From the NCBI GenBank assembly GCA_964016885.1, contig OZ024742.1, positions 324,632,001 through 324,696,000 on the forward strand: a stretch of DNA of 64,000 nt, in the 5' to 3' direction. The stretch is from Eledone cirrhosa (taxonomy: Eukaryota). The notes beneath the pieces were generated by a model. The model saw nothing but the letters and a program-made list of their open reading frames with translations. It was not told the DNA's origin and made no database searches. The first letter of the stretch is position 1; the number at the start of each line of letters is the position of its first letter. This document shows, piece after piece, positions 26,897-38,762 of this stretch. Both the position numbers and the translations under genes were made by a program.

Positions 26897-26939
26897 ACGA
26901 TGCTGACGATAGCTAATAAGCTTGAAACTAGTACATCGT
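26897..26939 (+). ncRNA. minimal type I hammerhead ribozyme
   Basis: ACGATG-CTGACGA-TAGCT(AATA)AGCTT-GAAA-CTAG-TA^CATCGT: 6-bp stem I, intact core, palindromic stem III ACTAGT. Confidence 0.9.
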
Positions 26940-27326
26940 TCCTGTGTCAGTGTTGAACAAAAAGGCGACGATGGTTGCCGAACACTGTACGGCGTAATTC
27001 GGGCTGTTTGTTTACAAACAAACCGAACATTATAATAAATGTTAGGTAAACCCATACGTACATATATATATGTGCGCATGTATGTATATATATACATACT
27101 ACTGTACGTCTGTATACATATATGTATGTACGTATACATACTTACATTTAAGTATCAGCCGTACTAAGAGTGAGAAATGAAATTTCGTTTCATTCTTTTC
27201 CATATATATATATATAAGTATGTACACGTACATACATATATGTATACAGGCGTACAGTAGTATGTATATATATATACATACATGCACACATATATATATG
27301 TACGTATGGATTCACCGAACATTTAT

Positions 27327-27369
27327 ACGTTGCTGATGATAGCTAATAAGCTTGAAACTAGTACAGCGT
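27327..27369 (+). ncRNA. minimal type I hammerhead ribozyme, second copy
   Basis: ACGTTG-CTGATGA-TAGCT(AATA)AGCTT-GAAA-CTAG-TA^CAGCGT. Confidence 0.9.
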
Positions 27370-27633
27370 TCCTTTGTCAGTGTTGAACAAACGAGCAACG
27401 ATGGTTGCTGGACACTACAGCTTAATACGGGATGTTTGTTTACAAACACACCGAGCATTATAATAAATGTTCGGTGAATCCATACGTACATATATATATG
27501 TGTGTGCATGTATGTATATATATATACATACTACTGTACGTCTGTATACATATATGTATGTACGTTTACATACTTATATTTAAGTAACAGCCATACTAAG
27601 AGTGGGAAAGGAAATTTCGTTTCATTTTTTCCG

Positions 27634-27710
<77 letters not shown>

Positions 27711-27923
27711 ATATAACAAAACATAAATGATAAAAACGCTTGTATGATGAAGCAGAAGACGATATTGGAACAAAGAGAGAAAAAGTTGTGAAGACGAAAA
27801 GATATCGAAATAAATTGGCAAGAGAAAAATGAATTATACAAAAGAAAGTTGTAAGATATTGAGCAAACAAATGGTAAAATAAAGACTACTGATACCAATG
27901 GAAAGAAAGATTGAGAAACAAAA

Positions 27924-27927
<4 letters not shown>

Positions 27928-28005
<78 letters not shown>

Positions 28006-28340
28006 AAGAAGAAACAGAAGAAGAAAAAGAAAGAGAAGAAGAACAAGAAGAAAAAGAAGTAGTAGAAGAAGAAAAAGAAGAAGAAAAAGAAGAAAAAGAA
28101 GAAGAAACAGAAGAAAAAGAAGAAGAAAAAGAAGAAAAAGAAGAAGAAAAAGAAGAAGAAAAAGAAGAAGAAAAAGAAGAAGAAAAAGAAGAAGAAAAAG
28201 AAGAAGAAAAAGAAGAAAAACAAGAAGAAGAACAAGAACAAGAACAAGAAGAAAAACAAGAAGAAGAACAAGAACAAGAACAAGAAGAAAAAGACGTAGT
28301 AGAAGAAGAAAAAGAAGAAGAAAAAGAAGAAGACGAAATA
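27928..28340. repeat. (TAG)n followed by a (GAA)-based compound purine repeat
   Basis: Direct reading; 12-bp GAAGAAGAAAAA-type units. Confidence 0.95.
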
Positions 28341-28644
28341 AAAGCGGTATAAGTATATGATGATGTTGATGATGATAATGAAGAAATAGAACGAAAATAA
28401 AAAATAAAAATGAGAAAAATAAGAATGGAAAGAAAAATTAAGAAGGAAAATAAAGAGGAATTATGGTAAATGAAAACAAGAAGGAACTTCAAAGTATATG
28501 AAAGAAAAAAGGAATAAGAAAGAGAAACAAAGAATGCAGATAGAATAATGTAAGAGTTACAAGAAGAAGAAGAAGAAGAAGAAGAAGAAGAAGAAGAAGA
28601 AGAAGAAGAAGAAGAAAATCAGGAGGATGAAAAATAATGATTTA

Positions 28645-28805
28645 GACCTCAGTGCGTGACTGGTATTTTATTTAATCGACCTCGTAAGGATGAAAGGCAA
28701 AGTTAACCTCAGCGGGATTTGAACTCAGAACACAAAGGGCTGTAACTCTATGCCGCAAAGCATGGTGTCGTAGCCTCCACCGGTAATACTAATCCACCGC
28801 CCTTA
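28645..28805 (-). mobile_element. Nin/Deu-like tRNA SINE lacking its 3' tail
   Basis: Same core and B-box as the other copies. Confidence 0.8.
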
Positions 28806-28899
28806 GGAAGAGGAAAATAATAAATATAGAAAATAGGGAGGAAAGTATGAGGAAAAACTACAGCAAAAATATATATACGTAATCAAAGGCTGGACACCT

Positions 28900-29130
28900 G
28901 TCGGTTTCGATAACGAGTATTCGAGTTGTTTGAACAACGGAACAGCCTGCTCGTGAAATTAACGTGCAAGTGGTTGAGTATTCCAGAGACACATGTACCA
29001 TTAAGCTAATTCTCAACGAGATTTGGCGTCACATGGCTCATTTTTCTCAAGTTGAGTCGACTGAAGCAACAAACAATAAAGTGTCTAGCTCTTGTACACA
29101 TGCCGGCATACGATATTGAACACCCAAAAT
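28900..29130 (-). mobile_element. degenerate SINE-like repeat of another family
   Basis: Contains GCCTGCTCGTGAAATTAACGTGCAAGTGG. A weaker relative lies near 5940-6060. Confidence 0.45.
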
Positions 29131-29277
29131 ACTAAGCCATGCCTTTTCCTCAAATATTAAGACATTAATGAAATATACCAAAAATATAGGTGAAGATAGA
29201 CGAGCAGAACCCCAAACCTCCATCACTTGCCGCCATACTGTCACCAACAAAGAAAAAAAAAGGCAAAGAACAAAGTA

Positions 29278-29342
<65 letters not shown>

Positions 29343-29479
29343 TTTTAATATAGATGAGATTCTACAGGACTGGAACTGTTTATATATATATATATATATA
29401 TATACATTGTAAAACTCATTCTTTGATTTATTCATTGAACCTTGTTTAACTTTTAAATATACATATATATATATATATA

Positions 29480-29544
<65 letters not shown>

Positions 29545-29588
29545 ATCTATATATATATATATATATAGATATCTATATATATCTATAT

Positions 29589-29642
<54 letters not shown>

Positions 29643-29645
<3 letters not shown>

Positions 29646-31850
29646 GGAAAATTTGAACAGGAACAAAACAGAGAGGCAGTACAACGACTGTTTATTAATT
29701 TCACGCTCTGGAGAGTGGGGTGGTGGTGGGGAACGACGTTTCGGGCATAAGCTCTTTCTCAGGTGAGAATTGTGTGGGAAGAGAGTTCAAAGGGTGTGTA
29801 GGGGAGTGGTGGAGAGACATATAGCGAACACGGTGTGAGAGGAAACGGTACGAATGAAATTAAAAATAAAAATAAAAATAAAGCATGATCAAAATAAACT
29901 GAAATTAAAAAGGAGTAAAACAGGTGGTGGAAGGGTGTGGGGTGTGTAGGGGTGGTGGCGGGTGGAGTGGGGAGAGGGAGACGGGGTGTCCGAGCGGGGA
30001 GGGCTGAAGGTGGTGTGTGTGTGTAGGTGTACGTGTGTGTGTGTGTATGTGAAAGCAAGGGTTGGGGGAAGAACGGGGTTGCATGTTCAGGAAGAGGTGT
30101 GTGTGGGGTTGGGTGTAGGTCGGAGTGTGTGTGCGTGTGTGGATAGAGGGGTGGGGGGAGAGGAATCCGGAGGCTGAAGGTGTAAATATGTGGTGGAAAG
30201 CACGTGTGTGTGGGAGAAAAACATTTTTTTGGGGTGTGTGTGTGGGTGAGTTATAAAGGTGATTCCGTAAGAAGATGTGGTTGAAAGGTTGGTAAACTCC
30301 TAGGATGGTAGTTGATTCCACGGTCAAGCTACACATACGAGTAATCCATGGAGAGATGGTCGGAAGAGGAGAGATGTGGGGTGCGCGCGGAACAGGAAGT
30401 GGTCAAGGCGGTAGGAGTGCTGTGTCTGTGTGTGCTGGGAGGTGGTCAGAGGGCATAGCAGCAGTCGGGTGGAATGGTAAAGGGGCGAGGATGGGTAGGT
30501 GTGAAAGTTGGAGTGAGGAGGGTGTGTGTGTGTATTAGTAGAGGTGTTAGTGGGATGAGTGAGTGTAGAGAAAGGGTGTGGGTGGAGCGGGGAGAGAAGG
30601 GTGTGGGGGTCGATGGAGAGAGTGTGGTGTACTGGTGTGTGTGTAGTTTGATGAAGGGGGTGTTAGTGGGTGTTAGTGGGTGTTAGTATACGGGAGGTGG
30701 AGAAAGGGTTGAATGCAGGTGTGAGTGGGGGTTAGTGGTGGTAAGGTGTGTAGAGTTGGTGGTGTACGAGGGTGTGTGGGTACGTGTGCGTGGGGTTGGG
30801 GGGTGTTAGTGATGTTAGTTGCGTGTGGGGTGGGTGGTGTAAGTGGGTGCGTGTGTTCGTGTGCTTGGGGTCAGGGGGTGTTAGTGATGTTAGTTGCGGG
30901 GTGGTGGGATGGATGTTGGGGGTGAGGGTTAGAGGTGGTAGTAGGGTGTGTGTTTAGTGTGAGCGCGTGTATATATGTGCGGGTGGGTGTGTGCGTGTGA
31001 TAAGGAGGGGGGAGGAGAAGAAGGTAGGGATGTTAGTATGTTAGTTGGGGAAGGGTGGTCGGATGAGGGGTGAAGTGGAGGTGTTAGTATTGTTAGTTGT
31101 GGGGTGGGCGGTGAAAAGGAGGGGTGTGTTAGTGGTGTTAGTGGGGGATATGTGTGGGGGGAGGGGGGCGGTCGAAGGCTAAAGGAATAAGGGTGGGGAG
31201 TTCAGGCCGGGGGGGAGTGTGGGTCTGTAAGATGAAGATGGTTCTTTGTTCGACTCTGAGGAGATTGGCGGGTGTTCCGTGGCATTGGAGTAGACCACAG
31301 ACTGTGAGATGGCGTGCGGAATGTCCAGGGGCACCAAAGTGGCGGGCGATGGGGGAACTACCACCGAGACGAATATCCCGGAGATGCTCAGTGAACCGGT
31401 CCGCCAGGCGACGTCCCGTCTGTCCGACGTAAGTCGCGCTGCACTCCGTGTAGCGAATTCCGTAGACTAGGTTGGAGGAGGTGCAGCGGAAGGCATGCCG
31501 GACAGAGAGAGAGTGGCCGTTGGGACCCTGGAAGGTGGTGGTGTTGGTGATGTGGAGACAGGTGTTGCAGCGGGGCCTAGAACAGGGAAAGGAACGGGGG
31601 GGGAAGAGCGTGGGTTGGGGGTAGGGAGCTGTGGACGAGGAGGGTGCGGAGATTGCGTGCGCGTTTGAAAAAGGGGAGTGGTGGGGTTGGGAAGTTGTGG
31701 GAGGTGGAGGGGTCGGACTGGAGGCGTCGGATGTTGCGGCGTAGGGGTAAGGTGGAGGGGTGGTAGGTGATGGGGAAGGGGAGACGTAGGATGGGTGTGC
31801 GGTGGCGTGGGGTGAGGGTGGTGGAGCGGTGGTCAGCACGGGCGCGTGTG
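29643..31850 (-). mobile_element. 5'-truncated Neptune-type Penelope-like element (GIY-YIG endonuclease, long 3'UTR, hammerhead at 29735-29762)
   Basis: FPCSRPRCNTC..FRCTSSNLVYGI..CSATYVGQTGRRLADRFTEH. Near-identical to 60.85-63.09 kb. (TA)n on both sides. Confidence 0.93.
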
Positions 31851-32209
31851 ATATATATATATATATATATATATAAACAAAGCGAAGAAATACGAAAAGT
31901 GAAACGAAAAGTAGTAATATGATAGAAGAGAGAAACATTGAAGTCAAAAACAGAAAAATCGTCAAAAAAATAAAAACCTAGATGAAACTGACAAGTATTG
32001 TCCATTATCTAATCATCGAATTCAGTTTAGTGAAATGTGATACACTCCAACTTTTTTTGTAGAATATCATATGAGAAAAGAAGCAGGATGCGTCCGTGCT
32101 GCTTACAGAAAAGCCATAGGGCAAACTTCTCATTCTACAATACCCTCCCGCTACAAACTTGTCCAAAACAGCCTATTGAAGAAAACTGAAAATTGTAATA
32201 GCAAAAACT

Positions 32210-32287
<78 letters not shown>

Positions 32288-32290
<3 letters not shown>

Positions 32291-32385
32291 CTTCAACAGG
32301 ACTAGAACTGTTTCATTCGGGAGAAATCATCTGGAAGCATTTCTCCCGAATGAAACAGTTCTAGTCCTGTAGAAGCCATTTCTAT
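32288..32385. repeat. fold-back of a hammerhead 3' half (GAAACAG...) next to (TA)n
   Basis: ACAGGACTAGAACTGTTTCATTCGGGAGAAAT ... ATTTCTCCCGAATGAAACAGTTCTAGTCCTGT. A related fragment lies at 29361-29380. Confidence 0.85.
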
Positions 32386-32536
32386 ATTAAATATTCACTC
32401 TCTGCTCTGTATTGAGTACCTTACTTACTGTGGTTACCCCAGATTGAACCCGGAATAAACTTATCTATCTATCTATCTATATATATATTATAAAATAATA
32501 GGAGGCTGGACTGGTGTAATTCCTTAAAGGTTTATT

Positions 32537-32594
32537 ATACTATAAACATTTCAATGACCGGGTTTAGTATGAATCCGGTGACATCATAAGGTAT
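32537..32594 (-). ncRNA. degenerate hammerhead motif (core CTTATGA)
   Basis: ATAC-CTTATGA-stem II (ACCGG..CCGGT)-GAAA-TGTTTA-TA^GTAT. G5 is mutated. Confidence 0.55.
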
Positions 32595-32690
32595 TCGAAA
32601 TTTAACAAAGGAATATAATCCATGGGGCTGAAAAGGCAGAGAGACAAGATGGCGGCCACACATTTAACAGTTTCTAGTTTGGTCGGCCGC

Positions 32691-32809
<119 letters not shown>

Positions 32810-32969
32810 GTTTCAAAGAAATTGTTTTGGTAAAAACAGGAGCAAGCAGCATATATATATAATATTAATAAAGATGGTGATGTTACATAAATCGTTTATT
32901 CGATTCTGTGATATATCTATATATCTATATCTATATATATATCTCTCTCTATATATATATATATATATA

Positions 32970-33179
32970 CATCCAGAGTTGACATTGCACTCAGTACTCC
33001 TGTGGGAGCCCCTACATGGACACACTGGAAGAGGAAGATCAAGGTTAACATATGTTGATACCCTACGGGCAGACACTGGTCTGTTGGAGACGCAGGACAT
33101 GGCAGCGATAATGAGAGACAGAGACCGCTGGAGAGAACTCGTCCATGGATCTCGGGAATTTTACCCGCCCTAGAAATAG

Positions 33180-33180
<1 letters not shown>
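32970..33180 (+). mobile_element. 3' fragment of an RTE-clade LINE
   Basis: LLWEPLHG..GRGRSRLTYVDTL..DTG....M.DRDRWRELV is a typical RTE C-terminus. Lies in (TA)n. Confidence 0.8.
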
Positions 33181-33265
<85 letters not shown>

Positions 33266-33269
<4 letters not shown>

Positions 33270-34151
33270 CGTTTCTGAATTTGTTTAGCAAGATTCTTTA
33301 TCTGAAAACGTGTGTTGAAAGCGATATTGTTATTCTTTGGGAGGGTCATGTTGCCAATAAGAAACACACGCACCAGTTTGTTTCACTCCAATTTATTATA
33401 AATTAAATTTATAAATTTAAGAATTTATAAATTTCCGGTTGGTTGGTTGGTTCCATAACCGGACGGTTGTTCATATATTGTCAAAGTTCTTTCGTCACAC
33501 ATTCTGTAACCTCATTCAGTGACTGGGGATTCTTTTCTTTGTTTTGTGCCTCTCCTTTGTTCTGTCCTACACCATCTTGTTTTTGTGTGTGTTGTGTGCT
33601 TAGTTTGCGCATGTGTTACATCTGGATGTCTGTGTGTGTTTTTATTTGTTTATTTACATGTTACTGGTTGGTTGTTTCGTTCTATGTGTGTGTGTGTTTT
33701 AATTTTGTCCTTAATTGTAAGTTGTGATGTTGCTATTCCATGTTTTCTATTTAATTTTGGTTGGAGTTCATTTATGTTTATTGCCTCTGTGATTTGTCTA
33801 AACATTGCGTCTTTTCTTTCTGTAGATTCTATTTTTATTTCTATGTTCTCTAATTTGCCCTTATGTTCTATTTTAGCATGTTGGTGGAGTATTGATGATT
33901 CTTTTTTATCTTGAAGTTGTCGCCAGTGTTCATTTAACCGTTCTCCTATACTACGAGCTGTCTCACCTATGTACACTATATTCTTATATAGGTACTTCCA
34001 TAAAAACACTTTTTAGCAATACATACCCTTTTCAAAGACATCCCTGTATAGATAAGAAATGCATAATCTGTAAACTAAGCCCCCATATTAACTGTAAAAC
34101 TAGAAATGTAGTATATAGCATAACATGTACTGAAGGACAATGTAAAGATAA
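33266..34151 (-). mobile_element. Naiad-type PLE 3' fragment with an inverted 5' segment; hammerhead motif at 33480-33523
   Basis: Minus strand: NIVYIGETARSIGERLNEH..RQITEA..PKLN. Plus strand 33992-34151: CIDKKCIIC..NCKTRNVVYSITC. Hammerhead GTCA-CTGAATGA-GGTTACA..TGTGAC-GAAA..TGAC. Confidence 0.88.
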
Positions 34152-35749
34152 GTGACAGTAATGGTGTCAAGCACCTCGAAAATCGGGGAAGTCGGCACCT
34201 TACTGGGGGAATACGAAAGGTTCACAGGAGCGAAGCTGAACCGGGACAAATCCGTCGGTTTGCAACTCGGAACGTGGAGAGGCAAACCGATGCCTCCCGA
34301 TGACGTCGTCGGACGCTGGACGGAAGGACCGGTAAAGCTGCTCGGGGTCTGGTTTGGTCCTGACCTCCAGGCGGAGAAGAACTGGAACGAGGTGACGGCC
34401 AAGGTGTTTGCGCTCACCCAGAAGTGGGCCGAGTGCAAACTATCCTTGAAAGGTCGAGCGGGGGTGGCGAACACGTTTATAGCGTCCGTCATCTACTACC
34501 GCTTGACCGTTGTGCCTTGTCCAGCCAAAACGCTCACCAAAATGGAGCGCGCGCTCTTCCAATTCATTTGGAAGAAACGGGCTCCTTTGGTGAGAAGATC
34601 CATCTGCTGCCAACACCCTTCAAACGGAGGGCTGGGATGCCGTGGCTGACGATGCGCAAACACGTGCTCAGGCTGCGGCACCTCCCCGTATTCCGCACCA
34701 GACAACCGGTGTGGGCCCCGTCGTGAGGCGAGACTTCCCACGACTCGTCTCGCTGACCGAGCTGCAGACCTGGGTTAAGCAAAGACCGAGGAAAATGAGC
34801 GACTGGCATATCGAATGTGCTCAAGCGCTCACAGTCCTCTGCCAAACAGACCCGGCGATCAGTGGAGACTCCACTTCGACATTCTATAGAGGGTTGGTCC
34901 GCAGCAAGTTCGACGACACGCTCGGAGAAACTCTAGGCGTAGAGGAGGACGAACTGGCCAGTCTGTTCGGTAGGAGCTTCCGCCCGGGAGCAATGGACAA
35001 CTTCCAAAAGTCCCTGGCCTGGCAGTGCTACCGAAGAGCTCTACCAGTTCGAGACGAGCTCTACAGACACGAGCGCCCTGGTAGGGACCCTTCGAAATGG
35101 ATCTGTCCGAGATGCGTGCGTGACGAGGAAACCGTCGCACACGCATTTGTACACTGCCCGGGCGTTACCGACCTGTGGGGATATGTAGAACGACTATTGT
35201 CGCGGGTGGAGCCAATCCAGTTGACCACCGAGTCTATTGTCATGATCAAACCACCACCCTCCTTCAAAAACGAGGGAGAGGCAGTTTTCCTATGTGTTAT
35301 GGCTATGGTGAAAGAGGTTATATGGTGGACGAGGTTAAAAGGGCTGAGGTCAGACACCTTTCTCTCCGGCGAGCAACTGATTCGTTTTTTCAAATATCAT
35401 TTTGGAAGAATCAGGATGGAGAGAGAGGTGCTGTACCCCAGCAAATTTTATAAAAGGTGGGTGAATGTGGCAAAGATGGCCCGAGTGGTTGGGCCTTCTC
35501 TCTATATAAGCCTGTAGGTTGAGAAAAAAGAGGAAGAGAGGAAGGGATTACTCACTCTTGGTGCTCCTAGAGATGAGGGTTGTACATTTTTTCGGGGTGT
35601 GTACAACCCTTGTGTAACCCCCCCCTATTGGGGATTTCAATTGTTATTTGTTGTTTTATTAATAGTTTTATTTTTATATACATGTATGTAAACTCCCTAT
35701 TTATATTTGTCCCCTTCTTTTGTGCCCTTGTGGCTAATAAAGAAATTCA
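34152..35749 (+). mobile_element. 5'-truncated Tx1-like LINE with (ATCT)n tail
   Basis: GAKLNRDKS, LLGVWF, GGLG, CPRC..ETVAHAFVHC. Frameshifted. AATAAA followed by (TATC)n. Confidence 0.92.
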
Positions 35750-35756
35750 TCTATCC

Positions 35757-35818
<62 letters not shown>

Positions 35819-35832
35819 TATCTATCTATTTC

Positions 35833-38762
35833 AGGGTCCCGGTTACTGGAAACTTAATTTGTCTTTACCGGCAAAAGAGACTTACAGAAACCGGATTAGC
35901 AGATTAGTTAAGGAGAGGTTGACGGGTGCAATCGTCAACAACCGATGGTGGGCATCTCTCAAAAGAGAGATTAGAACAGAATCAATAAGTTATAGCAAGA
36001 TGTTAGCTGCCAATAGGAATAGAAACGAGAAAGAATTAACAGGTAAATTAGAAGAGGCAATCAAGAGCGAAGATGTGGCCAGAGTGCTGGCATCGAGGAC
36101 GGCCTTGAACCAGTTTTTCGATGCAAAGCATGAAGGCTGCGTCATTCGAAGTAAAATACGTGCTCTAGGTAATGAGGGGGCCAAAGCCGTTGGATGGGCC
36201 CGCGTGACAGAAGCTAAAAGTGGAAATCGATCCACCATCCGGTCGTTGCAAGACGAAGATGGACGAGTGATCCGGGAGCCTAAGCAGATGTGCGAGGCCT
36301 TTCAAAAGCACTTTGCCCGATTGTTCGGGGGAGGCGAGGGTCCGGGCCGGGGCGTGGATTTCGGTCCATACCTCGACGGCCTGCCGCGTCTCTCGAACAA
36401 AGAGGCAGAGTCCTGCGAGGGACCAATCTCGGCTGATGAGATCGGAGATGCGCTGGGCCAATGCAGCAGACGCAAATCTCCAGGTCTCGATGGTATACCT
36501 TACGAACTTTATTTAGCAATGCCGGTCTTCTTCTCCGAACTCCTCGAAGCGGTCTACTGCAATTGGCAGCAGAACGGGAGAATTCCTTGTTCTGTAGCCA
36601 AGGGCGTAGTCACGCTGGTGAGGAAGGACGAGAACAAGGGGGATAGTATAAATAATTTTCGGCCCATAACCCTGCTAAACACAGAGTTAAAGATTTTGGC
36701 CAAGGTGTTAGCAAAGAGGTTGGCGCTTGTCGTGGGTGGCCTGGTGGGAGATGCGCAGACATGTGCTATCCCATCCAGGTCCATTCACGATAACCTCCAC
36801 CTCATGCGATACATCATAGAGAGGGTTGGCAACAAACCCGGCTTCGGTGGGGCCCTGATCAACTTGGATCAGTCTAAAGCCTTCGATAGGGTCGACCATG
36901 GTTACCTGGATGCGGTGCTAGCGGCGGCTGGGTTCGGTCCTGTTTTCAGAGGCTGGATCACTGCCCTACATAGCAACCACATCTGTTCTAGGATCAAGGT
37001 GAACGGCTACCTTTCGAAGCCGTTCGAAATCACACGATCCATTCGACAGGGGTGCCCTCTCTCCTCCCTTCTGTACGTATTGACTCTCGAGCCTTTACTG
37101 AGGAAGTTGGAGTTGTTGCAGGGTATCCCCCTGGAACCAGGATTGAGCAAAGCGGTGTCGGCCTACGCCGATGACGTAACAGTAATGGTATCAACCGACT
37201 CGGAGATCGAGGCGATCGGTACCTTACTGGAGGAGTACGAAAGGTTGTCAGGAGCGAAACTGAACCGGGAAAAATCCATCGGGCTGCAACTCGGAACGTG
37301 GAGAGGCAAACCGATGCCTCCTGACGGTGTCGTCGGACACTGGACGGAGGGCCCGGTAAAGTTGCTTGGGGTCTGGTTTGGACCGGACCTCCAGGTGGAA
37401 AAGAACTGGAACGAGGTTACGAACAAGGTGTTTGCACTAACCCAGAAATGGGCCAAGTGTAAGCTGTCCCTAAAAGGCCGGGCGGAGGTGGCGAACATTT
37501 ACATAGCGTCCGTCACTTACTACCGCCTGACTGTCGTGCCTTGCCCTAAGGAAACACTCACCACCATGGAACGCATGCTCTTCCAATTTCTTTGGAAGAA
37601 GCGTCCTCCTATGGTGAGAAGATCCATCTGCTGCCAACAACCTTCGAAAGGAGGGCTGGGGATGCCGTGGTTGATGATGCGTAGGCACGCATTAAGGCTA
37701 CGGCACCTACAGGTATTCCTCACTGGTCAACCGGTGTGGGCTCCGTTCGTGAAACGAGCCTTTCCGAGACTCGTCTCACTCACCGAGCTACAGTCCTGGG
37801 TCAAGCAAAGATCCGGAAAACTGGGAGACTGGCACACTGAGTGTGCTCAGGCGCTCAGGGCTCTCTGGCAAGCGGGCCGGGCCATCGGTGGAGAATCCAC
37901 CTCATCATTCTATAGAGGGCTGGTGGCTAGCAGGGGCGATGACACCCTTGGAGAGTCGCTGGACATGGAAGAAGACGAACTGGCCAGCCTGTTCGGTAGG
38001 ACTTTCGGCCCAGGACCAATGGACAACTTCCAGAAGTCACTGGCCTGGCAGTGCTACCGAGGGGCTCTACCCGTTCGAGAGAGGCTCTACAGACACGGGC
38101 GCCCGGGCAGGGATCCCTCAAAAAAGATTTGCCCTAGATGCGTGCGTCACGAAGAAACCGTGGCGCACGCATTGGTGCAATGTCCGGGCGTGGCTGATCT
38201 GTGGGGCTACGCCGAACAACTGCTGTCGCGGGTGGCGCCGATTAAATTGACCGCCGAGTCCGTGATGACAATCAAACCGCCTCCCCTCTTCACAAAGGAA
38301 GCAAAGGCGGTTTTTCTGTGCGTAATAGCCATGTTGAAAGAGGTTGTTTGGTGGACACGATTGAAAGGTCTGAGGTCAGGCAACTTCCTCTCTGGCCATA
38401 GTCTGGTCTACTTCTTCCGATATCACTTCGGAAGAAGGATAAGAATGGAGAGAGAGGTGCTTGGCCACAGGCAGTTTTATGAAAGGTGGGTGATAGTGGC
38501 GAGAATGGCTCGTGTAAATGGGCCTTCTCTGTATACCATCCTGTAGGTAAAGAAGTAAAGGAGAGGGGAGCACCTTCTCCATGTGCTCCCCGGGCAAAGG
38601 ATTGCACACTTTTTCGGGGGTGTGTGCAACCCCCATCACGTCCCCTCCCTTTTGAGGTTATTTTCGATTATTTTCATGTTACACCCTTTTTACTCGATTA
38701 TATGTAAACTCCCCCTTTGTATTTGTCCCTTCTTTTTGTGCCTTTATGGTAAATAAAGAAAT
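35833..38762 (+). mobile_element. 5'-truncated Tx1-like LINE with (ATCT)n on both sides
   Basis: Starts at GPGYWKLN, just after where the APE domain would lie. 3'UTR ends AATAAAGAA(ATCT)n. Confidence 0.95.
35835..38546 (+). CDS. uninterrupted 903-codon ORF2 portion: reverse transcriptase plus C-terminal zinc finger
   Basis: KSPGLDG, FRPITLLN, LDQSKAFDRVDH, IRQGCPLS, AYADD, CPRC..ETVAHALVQC. The upstream part of the track ORF is microsatellite read-through. Confidence 0.9.
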   Translation, partial: GPGYWKLNLSLPAKETYRNRISRLVKERLTGAIVNNRWWASLKREIRTESISYSKMLAANRNRNEKELTGKLEEAIKSEDVARVLASRTALNQFFDAKHEGCVIRSKIRALGNEGAKAVGWARVTEAKSGNRSTIRSLQDEDGRVIREPKQMCEAFQKHFARLFGGGEGPGRGVDFGPYLDGLPRLSNKEAESCEGPISADEIGDALGQCSRRKSPGLDGIPYELYLAMPVFFSELLEAVYCNWQQNGRIPCSVAKGVVTLVRKDENKGDSINNFRPITLLNTELKILAKVLAKRLALVVGGLVGDAQTCAIPSRSIHDNLHLMRYIIERVGNKPGFGGALINLDQSKAFDRVDHGYLDAVLAAAGFGPVFRGWITALHSNHICSRIKVNGYLSKPFEITRSIRQGCPLSSLLYVLTLEPLLRKLELLQGIPLEPGLSKAVSAYADDVTVMVSTDSEIEAIGTLLEEYERLSGAKLNREKSIGLQLGTWRGKPMPPDGVVGHWTEGPVKLLGVWFGPDLQVEKNWNEVTNKVFALTQKWAKCKLSLKGRAEVANIYIASVTYYRLTVVPCPKETLTTMERMLFQFLWKKRPPMVRRSICCQQPSKGGLGMPWLMMRRHALRLRHLQVFLTGQPVWAPFVKRAFPRLVSLTELQSWVKQRSGKLGDWHTECAQALRALWQAGRAIGGESTSSFYRGLVASRGDDTLGESLDMEEDELASLFGRTFGPGPMDNFQKSLAWQCYRGALPVRERLYRHGRPGRDPSKKICPRCVRHEETVAHALVQCPGVADLWGYAEQLLSRVAPIKLTAESVMTIKPPPLFTKEAKAVFLCVIAMLKEVVWWTRLKGLRSGNFLSGHSLVYFFRYHFGRRIRMEREVLGHRQFYERWVIVARMARVNGPSLYTIL

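Larger units (their letters stand above)
26570..27635 (+). mobile_element. cluster of three copies of a hammerhead-bearing PLE-terminal/retrozyme-like repeat, two with 5' inverted segments
   Basis: Direct units end at ~26778, ~27202 and ~27635. Inverted pieces at 26570-26590 and 27215-27325. A further copy lies at 56943-57125. Confidence 0.85.

Noticed and set aside
27635-28492. Ser/Arg/Lys/Phe-rich ORFs
   Set aside because: Microsatellite translations.
35580-35834. N-terminal 85 aa of the 988-aa ORF
   Set aside because: Read-through of the upstream element's 3'UTR and (TATC)n; not part of ORF2.
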